This document shows, piece by piece, positions 1 to 8,404 of a DNA stretch of 11,916 nt (its first letter is position 1; every line of letters begins with the position of its first letter). The notes below the pieces were generated by a model that made no database searches, had not been told where the DNA came from, and saw only the letters and a program-made list of their open reading frames with translations. The translations under genes and the position numbers were made by a program. This stretch comes from Octopus sinensis (taxonomy: Eukaryota), in the NCBI RefSeq assembly GCF_006345805.1, contig NW_021826892.1, positions 1 to 11,916 of the forward strand. The letters run 5' to 3'.

Positions 1-39
1 CTATCTATCTATCTATCTATCTATATGTCTATCTATCTG

Positions 40-80
<41 letters not shown>

Positions 81-83
81 TTG

Positions 84-116
<33 letters not shown>

Positions 117-135
117 ATATATATATATATATATT

Positions 136-215
<80 letters not shown>
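1..215. repeat. Compound microsatellite (CTAT)n-(AT)n-(CT)n-(TA)n-(GT)n
   Basis: Read directly. It explains the spurious SIYL/CV ORFs at 25-425. Confidence 0.98.
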
Positions 216-219
<4 letters not shown>

Positions 220-395
220 TGGAGGACTATTGTCGTTTTAGCATTGATACATACTCTTACTTATATATACTTGCATATACGTGTGTGGTGTGTGTGTGTG
301 TGAGTGTGTGTGTCTCATACGTATATGTGTGTTTATACGTGTATGTATATGCATACACACATACACACACATATATCCAAGCCCAAATATATATT

Positions 396-630
396 TTTAT
401 TCTTTTACTTGTTTCCGTCATTTGACTATGGTCATGCTGGAGCTCGGCTTTGAAGGGTTTTAGTCGGACAAATCGACTAATTTTTTTTAAAGCATAGTGC
501 TTATTCTATCGGTACCTTTTGCCTAACCGCAAAAGATACTGATAGAATAAGTTCTAGGGGACGTAAACACACCAAGAAAGGTTGTCAAGCGGTGATGAGA
601 AGGCAAAGACATACAAAGACGCACACATTG

Positions 631-683
<53 letters not shown>

Positions 684-870
684 ATATATATAATTGTATA
701 TAACAACCATCTTCTTTCAGTTACCGTCTACCACATCCACTCACAGGTTTTGGTCAGCTCGAGGCTATAGTAGAAGATACTTGCCCTAAGTCTCATGCAT
801 TGGTACAAAACCTGGAACCATGTGACGTGGTTGAGAAACAAGCTACTTGCCACACACCCACGCCTGTGCC
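396..870 (-). mobile_element. Full-length tRNA-derived SINE (family A) with internal (TA)n tract
   Basis: The minus strand starts GGCACAGGCGTGGGTGTGTGG (A-box-like), followed by a decayed B-box region and body GGGCAAGTATCTTCTACTATAGCC. An internal (TA)n lies at ~631-695 and the element ends in a ...GAAACAAGTAAAAGA tail. The tail matches in-window fragments at 2321, 10649 and 11831; the head matches 3870-3999. Confidence 0.88.
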
Positions 871-898
871 TATATACATGTGTATATTTCCTTTAAAT

Positions 899-1101
899 AT
901 TCTTTTCTATTCTTTGCACGCGGCCCGAAATTTTAGAGGACGGGGCTCAGTCGATTAGAACAAACCCAGTACACAAGGACCTCGAAAGAATGAAAGGCAA
1001 AGTCGACCTCAGTGGAATTTGAAATCAGAACGTAATGACGGACGAAATGCCGCTGAGCATTTTACTCGGCGAGCTTAACGGTTCTGCCAGCTCGCCACCT
1101 T
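899..1101 (-). mobile_element. tRNA-derived SINE (family B), near full length, with internal deletion
   Basis: Minus strand reads AAGGTGGCGAGCTGGCAGAACCGTTAAG..., B-box-like TGATTTCAAATTCC, then GTCGACTTTGCCTTTCAT. Homologous to 9062-9253, 10943-11064 and 3469-3525. Confidence 0.9.
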
Positions 1102-1269
1102 AATAATGCATCAATGATAGATAATAAATAAATAATATTAATAATAGATAAATTGTAAATAATAATAAAGTAATTAACTAACGCTACCAGTTGGAAATCG
1201 GAGCTCTGTACAATATATGGCAACTTAAATGAACTACATGTTTGTTTGGCAGACAAGTTTGGAAATGAT

Positions 1270-1970
1270 AAAACTGTGTTCCGAAGTCACTGTCCCACCC
1301 AAGCCTGATGTAAATAGAATATACCTACTTGAAACACAGGTAGAAAGGAAAACTACTTGGGTCCAATATGGGGAAATTTGTTAGTGTAATATTAACACGA
1401 AGGAAACAGAATTGTTTCCTTTTATATACGGAAACAAAGTAGCGCCTTTAATGAAGAAAATGATTTAGGTAAGGACGTAAATAAGAGAAAGGACTTCAAA
1501 AGTAAGTGAACAAAATCTAATATATATTAAAGAAAATATTGGATAGAGATATATCACTGCATGACCATCACCCAGCAAGATTCAACGGTGAGGAAGTATG
1601 CCAGATCAAAAGCAATAATGGTTGAAAGGCTCTGGGTTAAAAGCAAAAGCAGAAGTTTCGTCTATAGCGATTCAGATGATAATGGCTAGTCAGGAATAAT
1701 TAGAAAAATAAAATAATGACAGACGATAGTAATGCCATATCATCAAGACCATGAAACGGTTGGCCACCTCATTTCCGGCTGACCAGGAATTGCCAAATTT
1801 CTATATATGTTCACAGACACGAAAAGAGTTGGTGGCATTAAAACTGGCCAAAATGTCACTTCGACATGAAAACAATTTAGAAATAATATGAAATATGTAC
1901 CAAAAAACGGTGCAAGGAAAACGAGATTGCTATGATCATCTGAGACATGTCTGTTGAGATTAACCACAAG
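1270..1970 (+). mobile_element. Decayed R4/Dong-like non-LTR retrotransposon fragment (RT C-terminus, CCHC knuckle, start of restriction-like endonuclease), with many stops and frameshifts
   Basis: Motifs occur in the expected order across frames: PPKPDVNRIYL (1295-1327; cf. HPKADVxRLY), WLKGSGLKAKAEVSSIAIQ (1619-1675; cf. WLRSSGLKAETEGFIIAAQ), CHII (1733), ETVGHLISG*PGIAK (1753-1797; cf. ETINHIISGCP), HRHE (1812-1823; cf. HRHD), ENEIAMII*DMS (1917-1952; cf. ENEKATILWDM). Comparison motifs are recalled from RLE LINEs, not searched. Confidence 0.82.
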
Positions 1971-2201
1971 ATCATCCGGGACATGTCTCTCTAGATTAAC
2001 TAGATTGTCTGGGATATATCTGCCCCGATTAACCAGGAGATCTTCTTGGACATGTCTATCCAGACTAACCAGATTATCTGGGACTTATCTGTCCAGATTT
2101 ACTAGATCATATGGGACATTTCTGACCAGATTAACCACGAGATCATCTTGGACATGTCTGTCCAGATTAACCAGGATATCACGTAGGACATGTCTGTCCA
2201 G
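1934..2201 (+). repeat. 8-unit minisatellite, units 33/36 bp, consensus ~GATCATCTGGGACATGTCTGTCCAGATTAACCA(CGA)
   Basis: Unit starts at 1934, 1970, 2003, 2039, 2072, 2105, 2141 and ~2174 (last unit partial). Confidence 0.95.
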
Positions 2202-2320
2202 GAATAAAGATGTGAAGCTTCCAAGTTTTTCACCTCTTAACTGTTAAAAACAAGAAGGTTGATGCGCCAAGAAGGTTGGTGAGCTTAGAACAGAAGACAG
2301 GCCCTCCCTGCCTTTCGCCT

Positions 2321-2360
2321 TCTTTTATCCTTTAGTTGTTTCAGTCATTCCAATGCGGTC
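2321..2360 (-). mobile_element. SINE family A 3' tail fragment
   Basis: TCTTTTATCCTTTAGTTGTTTCAGTCATT..ATGCGGTC resembles 401-432, 10649-10686 and 11843-11876. Confidence 0.6.
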
Positions 2361-2615
2361 GGAATGTGAATAAGGTGGATGTATGCTTTGGATAAACTGT
2401 CAATAATGATTAGAATATCATATGTGGTATGTTGATTGAGTCGCTCAAGTTGATTCAGCAGCTCTTCATTTCCTGTTGGTCTAGTCTACTTAGATGGGTG
2501 TACTAATGCAATGTTGTCTCTCTTCTTCCAAATGTCACAGCTTAAATGAGCTTCTGGGTCGATTTGAAGGGCTTTGAGAAGGCTACTCGCGACTACGGAG
2601 GGCCCTAAAATAATC

Positions 2616-2659
2616 AGAGAGACACAGAGAGAGAGAGAGAGTGAGAGAGAGAGAGAGAG
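2616..2659. repeat. (GA)n microsatellite
   Basis: Read directly. Confidence 0.97.
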
Positions 2660-2868
2660 CATGGTACATGTTTCTAGGCCATACTTGCTCGCACCTAACG
2701 GTTGGTTGTACAACTCTTCTAGGTTTATAAGAAGAAATATGAACAAGGTATACAAACTATAGCCGGGTTCACAACCCAAAAAACAAGCCATGGGGAGATC
2801 CCCGTAAAGTACTGCCCACACACAACACAAAACAATTCGTATTCAGTAGTGCAACTCAAACAATATAT

Positions 2869-3010
2869 AGGCGGCGAACCGATGTGGGGTTGTTTAGAGT
2901 CTCGGACAGAATACTTCGCAGTAGTTGTTTCGAAACCCTTAGGCCTGCGTTCAAATTCCGTTAAGGTCATCTTTGTCTTTTATCCTTTTGGAGTTGATGG
3001 AAAGGTACCA
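2869..3010 (+). mobile_element. Diverged family B-like SINE, 5' two-thirds
   Basis: Starts AGGCGGCGAA, B-box GTTCAAATTCC (2949-2959), then AAGGTCATCTTTGTCTTTTATCCTTTTGG. Collinear with the other family B copies. Confidence 0.75.
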
Positions 3011-3014
3011 TACC

Positions 3015-3112
3015 AAGGCGATGGACTGGTGAAACGGCGAGAATGTCGCACTGAATGCCTTGTGGTATTTGTTCAGGTTCTGTATGTTCTGAGTTAAAAT
3101 CCCACTCTGACC
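3015..3112 (+). mobile_element. Second diverged family B-like SINE head, directly in tandem
   Basis: AAGGCGATGGACTGG...GTGGTATTTG...ATGTTCTGAGTTAAAATCCC (B-box-like 3091-3103). The layout parallels family B heads. Confidence 0.6.
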
Positions 3113-3276
3113 TAAATGTACGTAGACTTAAGCCGACGTCCAGTTTAACAGCACCACCTGGTACATCGGATGCATTGAATGCAGTCCGCTCTGTTGCAAA
3201 CAGTCGTGCTATGTTTCTGAATTGAGGATACATTCCCTTTTCCTTCCTCCTTTACTCCCACCAGTCCCTCTCTCTG

Positions 3277-3316
3277 TATATATATATATATGTGTATATA
3301 TATATATATACACACA

Positions 3317-3369
<53 letters not shown>

Positions 3370-3382
3370 TATATATATATAT
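3277..3382. repeat. (TA)n-(CA)n-(TA)n microsatellite
   Basis: Read directly. Confidence 0.97.
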
Positions 3383-3468
3383 GTAATTCTTAAAGAAAAA
3401 TATTGACAGTGACTTCGAAGTTTTGACTTGTTAAGCAATCGTCGGACGATGGCCTAAACGACTGAAAC

Positions 3469-3525
3469 TAATCGGCTGGCCCCTTCTCAAAAAATTTCGG
3501 GCCTTGTGCCTAGAGTAGAAAAGAA
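3469..3525 (+). mobile_element. SINE family B 3' end fragment
   Basis: TAATCGGCTGGCCCC...AAAATTTCGGGCCTTGTGCCTAGAGTAGAAAAGAA is close to the reverse complement of 899-955 and matches 11022-11064. Confidence 0.85.
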
Positions 3526-3645
3526 AACAATATTCTTATTTAAGAATAATAAATTTGTACTCTATAAGAGTATAGATTATAGAGTATTTCATCAGATTAT
3601 TGTAAAATTATTATTATTATAACTCACACATAAAGCAAACACAAC

Positions 3646-3736
3646 ACATATATATATATATATATATATGTGTGTTTGTGTGTGTGTGTTATAAAATACA
3701 AAACTATATGTGTAATGTATATTATATGTCTGTGCA

Positions 3737-3775
<39 letters not shown>

Positions 3776-3840
3776 TATAGTATATATATATGTGTGTGTA
3801 TATATATATACAGACAGATATATATACATACATACACGCA
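3646..3840. repeat. Imperfect (TA)n/(TG)n/(CATA) microsatellite cluster
   Basis: Read directly. Confidence 0.93.
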
Positions 3841-3869
3841 CAAATGTCGGGGTTCCTCACACTTTCCAT

Positions 3870-3999
3870 GTGTCATATTCACCCATCGGTCGGCAAGGGG
3901 CTATTGTTGACGACATTTGCCCAACTTGCCGCACAGTGGGATTGAACCCGAAACTACATGATAGCAAAGCGTGCTTCTCAGTCACACAGCCATGCCTGC
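3870..3999 (-). mobile_element. tRNA-derived SINE head (family A-like)
   Basis: Minus strand reads GCAGGCATGGCTGTGTG (A-box-like), B-box GGGTTCAATCCC, then GGGCAAATGTCGTCAACAATAGCC. It parallels the head of 396-870. Confidence 0.82.
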
Positions 4000-4215
4000 T
4001 ACTTCTTGCCTAAAAGATGAAAAGCGCTACACCCTGGAAATACTTCGATAGCAACCCAACATAGTAAATAACACGTGTATCTTGACATCTTATTTAAGGA
4101 ACCATCGCCAAACGACACGCAACGTTCTTACTGCAACTGCTACTCAATAAATTCATTCAATGCTATCACAGGAATATGGTTGACCAGCCACCATCACCAC
4201 TCCTGCCTCCGAGTT

Positions 4216-4521
4216 TGTGGTCTTGCGAGCGGATTGGTGACCTCATTAGTGCTGGTGCCAGGTAAAAACAAAAGAAACCAGTATAAAGTGGTCGGCGCCA
4301 AGAAGAGCAGCCAGCAATAAAAAATCATGCCGAAGTATACTCTTGAGCTCGATGCAGTCCTTCGAGCCATCAGATTCTGTCAATATTTCCAACCCACGCC
4401 AGCAAGAATTATCGGACGTTATATGATAATGACGATGCCGATGCTTCTGCTGTTGCTGGTGATGATGGTGATGGTGGTGGTGGTGGTGGAGGTGGTGGTG
4501 GTTTTGGTGATGGTGGTGATG
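4216..4521 (+). mobile_element. 3' part of a third retroposon family (C) with LINE-like end and expanded (GAT)/(GGT)n tail
   Basis: GGTGACCTCATTAGTGCTGGTGCCA...CCAACCCACGCCAGCA...CGGACGTTATATGAT followed by a trinucleotide tail (4424-4521). It resembles a recalled octopus repeat ending ...GGACGTTAAATGATGATG. There is no second copy in the window. Confidence 0.65.
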
Positions 4522-4805
4522 TACTCTTACGTAGAGAACTACCCATCAATAATATTAACGACTCACATTCTACGCAATTGCCACTCAATACTATAGCAGG
4601 GATCGGTAAATTTCTTTCATTTTTGACGCCGTCATAGAATCCTTGCTAATTTATCGCCCTCGCTTATGGCCCTTCATGTAAGTTTCTAAAATGAAATTAA
4701 AAATGACAATTAATAAAAAAAATTCTTGCTTTTAAAAACAATAATTCCTTCGTTCATTTCCGTGTCTTTACGCCTTTCTAATAAGAAATATTTCAAGAAA
4801 TATAT

Positions 4806-4881
<76 letters not shown>

Positions 4882-4937
4882 CATAGATAGATTAGACAGA
4901 CAGACAGATAAACAGATAGATAGATAGATAGACAGAC

Positions 4938-5013
<76 letters not shown>
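4806..5013. repeat. (GATA)n/(GACA)n microsatellite
   Basis: Read directly. Confidence 0.98.
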
Positions 5014-5162
5014 CTAAGCACCTTTGCTGATGCATCAAAACAGATATACCGCAGTGTCAATGCAATAAGAATGAATCAACATTTTGTTGCCCCCTGTTGT
5101 TTCTCAGGGGAGAGCGGGAAATGATAACATGGTAACGTAAAGAAAACAAAGATGAAAGCAAC

Positions 5163-5167
5163 ATATA

Positions 5168-5199
<32 letters not shown>

Positions 5200-5227
5200 G
5201 GGGGTGTGTGTGTGTGTGTGTGTGTGT
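5163..5227. repeat. (TA)n-(GT)n microsatellite
   Basis: Read directly. Confidence 0.96.
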
Positions 5228-5516
5228 TGTTAAAAAAAGCAATATATATAAGCACGAATATTACGCCGTAAAGACCAACTGTTCTACGTGTTTAGAAACA
5301 TTATAGCTGAACTCGGGTTGCTGCGCTGGCATAGTCGCTGCTTGGTTATGGTAATGAAAGAAAGAAGTGTTCTACAGGAGAGGTAGGGCTGGGGCAAGAA
5401 ACACCTGTATATCTCTGAATATAATCAATGCTGTTCGATATGAATGGTAAGGGAAGAAATGCTATAAGTCGCCGAAATCATTGTGATCGGCAGTCGGCAG
5501 CTGATGAAGGGAACAT

Positions 5517-5537
5517 GTGTGTGTGTATATACATATA

Positions 5538-5569
<32 letters not shown>

Positions 5570-5573
5570 CCCC

Positions 5574-5619
<46 letters not shown>
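5517..5619. repeat. (TG)n-(CATA)n-(TA)n microsatellite
   Basis: Read directly. Confidence 0.96.
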
Positions 5620-5624
<5 letters not shown>

Positions 5625-5719
5625 GTGTATTTCGGAATAGTCATCTTATTTATTTATTTGCCAGACGCACTCTATATTTGTTTTCTTCACTTATTTATTA
5701 CTGTTCTTATTATTACTAA

Positions 5720-5773
5720 TGTCCATTGTCCGGAAATCTTTCGTCACACATCTGTGACCTCTTCGGTGACACT
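5720..5773 (-). ncRNA. Degenerate minimal type I hammerhead-like motif (Penelope-type), U4C core
   Basis: Minus strand: AGTGTCA CCGAAGA G GTCACA-GATG-TGTGAC GAAA GATT TCCGGACA. Helix II is a perfect 6 bp; helices I and III are imperfect. Confidence 0.45.
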
Positions 5774-5864
5774 TTTCGTTTCCGTGTATTTTCTTGCTCC
5801 AGTTACTCCATTCCGTTCTTCTGAGATGTGTATCCTTATGTGCTCACGCGTTTATGTTCTTGTT

Positions 5865-5941
5865 AGTGTGTGTGTGTGTGTATGTGTGTGTGTGCGTGTG
5901 TATCTATGTGAGCGTGTGTGTATGCTTGTGTGTGTGTGTCA
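5865..5941. repeat. Imperfect (GT)n microsatellite
   Basis: Read directly. Confidence 0.95.
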
Positions 5942-6099
5942 CAGTTTTTAACAGCAGTGTGGCCTTCCCCTCAGCCCCATCCTCTCACCAATTGTGCTGA
6001 TGCTGTCCTAAGATCCGAGAAAAACAAGAAAAAAAATGGTACTATTCCTGTATTCCTCTGTGTATGTGTATTCGACCTTGGTGTTGCCATCGTGGTAGT

Positions 6100-6135
6100 T
6101 GTATATATATATATATATATAATATATATATATTA

Positions 6136-6178
<43 letters not shown>

Positions 6179-6220
6179 ATATATACAATACAGCATATAT
6201 ATACATTATATATATATTTA

Positions 6221-6289
<69 letters not shown>

Positions 6290-6302
6290 TATATATATAT
6301 GT
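6100..6302. repeat. Long imperfect (TA)n microsatellite
   Basis: Read directly. Confidence 0.98.
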
Positions 6303-6385
6303 AAATTCAGAAAATGGAGATGTGACATTAATATAATTATTAACTGCAAATATTCAACATGTTCTCTTACAGCTGTTTCGTGTCT
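6303..6385 (-). mobile_element. Possible Penelope-type repeat remnant: hammerhead 3' half, AT-rich tail, then (TA)n
   Basis: Minus strand GAAAC-AGCT-GTA (6379-6368), i.e. a palindromic helix III with a GUA triplet. No CUGANGA upstream. Confidence 0.35.
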
Positions 6386-7467
6386 TCCCAAAGAATTAAA
6401 TTCTAGTAATCAAAACATTTTATTGGGCAAAATCTCAATGTTAGTTCCCATGGATATGAAAGTTAAAGTTGACCCATTTTACATTTGAACTGAGGACCAA
6501 CACCTTTGCCGGGTTTAATCTAAGACTGCTGGGGAACTTGGCGGCCTTCATTTGGACCAACATTGTTGCAAACAATTGGGTAAGATTTTTTGTTCTTATG
6601 GATACCTTCTTGCCAAAAGAAGAAGAAGGGTGCCTTATAATGGGTTCGCGGAGGCCTTGTAACGGGTGAAGAGCACTATCATTGCTCGTGAATAAAATGT
6701 TTAAATGCCTGAAAGAGCTTACAAAAGCAAATATGCATAAAGCAGAAAAAAAACATTGAAGCATTGGCATGTCTGTAATATAAAGAGCCATTACAGTACC
6801 TTAGGTAGAGGGAACGTGATTAAGAGAAAGTAAGGGTAGAGAAGGAGGAGAGAGGGAAGGAGAGAAAAGAAGAGAGAAAATGGTAGGGAGCAGCTGATTG
6901 CATCCGGAGAAAGGTATGTGGATTTAAACTTAGAGAGGAGATAATCTGAACTTGGATTATGTAAGTAGGGACAAAATAAACAGTAAGGATTACGATTAGG
7001 TTGCTGCTGATGAAGAAAATTGTGACTGAGACGGCGGAGCAGCAAAAGAAGGGTGCAGAGGGGGAAGATAACCATTAGTTTTATTATTGTTTTTTTTATA
7101 CTCTCTTTCTGTTTATGTGCGTGGATGTGTATGTATATATGTATATACGTACGTATGCATGTATTTACGTATATTATGTATATATTTCTGTGCGCGCGCG
7201 CGCGTGTGTATACAGAGAGTTGGGTTTGACATTTGCCAAGTCTACGAAGCTAAGTTGTATTGAGCTCAATGAAACTGTTATTAAATAATATACATACATA
7301 TATATATATATGTGTGTGTGTGCACGTTGCCGCGCAGGCGTCGACTGTGTGTGTTTGTATACGTTTGAGCTGACAACTATTTTTCTGTCGAATACAAACA
7401 CACACACATAAACACCCACGAGCGAAGACTGACTGGTGTACATACTCCCAATCTCCCCTTTCTTTCT

Positions 7468-7495
7468 CCGAAGAAGATAAAAAGTCCGAAACGTT
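7468..7495 (+). ncRNA. Degenerate minimal hammerhead-like motif, U4C (or core T deleted)
   Basis: CCGAAGA AGA-TAAAAAG-TCC GAAAC GTT. Helix III is the palindrome ACGT; helix II is weak and no adjacent helix I forms. Confidence 0.3.
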
Positions 7496-7544
7496 GCACC
7501 TCTTTCTCAACTCTCCAATGACAATATCAACACATAAGATTTGT

Positions 7545-8120
7545 GTGTGTGTCTATATTTATATATATATATATATATATGTTTTATTTATATTTCCTGA
7601 GCGCCATACTAATACAATTGTTCGGTTGTGTTTCCACCTGCCTTCGTCTTTTGTTTATTTTCATAAAGCTTCCCGTTATATATATATATATATATTATAT
7701 ATATATATGTAATATATATATGATATATAATATATATATGTATACATATAACTGTGTATGTATATATATACATACATATATATATATATATACATATATG
7801 ATATATATATAAACGAATATACACGTGTAAAAGTATATATAAGTACACTCGTGCTTGCACATACTCACACACACACATAACACACACACACGCGCGCACT
7901 GATATGCATACACGAACACACATCTATTTTTATAATATAGAGCAATGGAAAACGTTGTAACATCACCTTTGTGAATGGAGCCTAGACTTGGCTCTAAACT
8001 GTATAGACGTGCTCGCCACTAAACAGACACGCACACACACACATACATACATACATACACACACATGCATATCCGTACATACATACATCCAAGAATATAT
8101 GCATACATATACACACACAC
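7545..8120. repeat. Cluster of (TA)n, (CA)n and (CATA)n microsatellites with short unique spacers
   Basis: Tracts at ~7545-7580, 7677-7812, 7865-7920 and 8025-8120. Confidence 0.9.
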
Positions 8121-8404
8121 ACATCCATCTGCTTGTACCTGTGTTTCTGCATGTATGATGCTGGTAACCTTTATTGTGTAGACTTTGGAGAGTGAGTTCT
8201 AAGATCTGAGCAAAACGCGACTACGACACCATTTCAGGTGTTAGCACACTGCATGAATAATATTTTTTCAGAAGGGCATAATATTCACCACTTGCTTTCG
8301 TCACGCTCACCTAAACATCAGTTTTGTCATAACTTCATCGAAATCATAGTGCGCATAGTTCATAAAATATTTGTGTGTGTATGCATATGTCTGTATATAA
8401 GAAA

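Noticed and set aside
1400-1421. Perfect 9-bp hairpin AAGGAAACA-GAAT-TGTTTCCTT
   Set aside because: It lies inside the decayed LINE coding region (HEGNR.LF-like) and is isolated; no evidence of function.
1934-2201. Minisatellite as a CRISPR-like array
   Set aside because: Units are contiguous with no unique spacers, the context is eukaryotic, and the origin is explained by the LINE.
3531-3600. Minus-strand CTGATGA followed by a 10-bp stem, as a possible hammerhead
   Set aside because: The stem is followed by CAAA, not GAAA, helix I does not form, and pairing in this AT-rich sequence is explained by the palindromic scar.
5468-5516. GAAA-helix III-AUC followed by CTGATGAAGGG (permuted hammerhead-like order)
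   Set aside because: Helix I cannot form (GGCAG is a direct repeat, not inverted) and GCCGA/TCGGC gives a competing hairpin. At most a remnant truncated by the microsatellite.
7001-7044. TTGCTG-CTGATGA...CAGCAA as a hammerhead
   Set aside because: There is no helix II, no helix III and no NUH triplet.
6441-7075. Minus-strand ORFs of 116 and 94 aa as a CR1/L2-like RT 3' end (KFPSSLR, YCLFCPYL)
   Set aside because: The resemblance is too weak and the region is partly low-complexity. A tblastn/HMM search would be needed.
7192-7204. (GC)6 run within purine-pyrimidine alternation (Z-DNA potential)
   Set aside because: Commonplace among these microsatellites; nothing links it to function.
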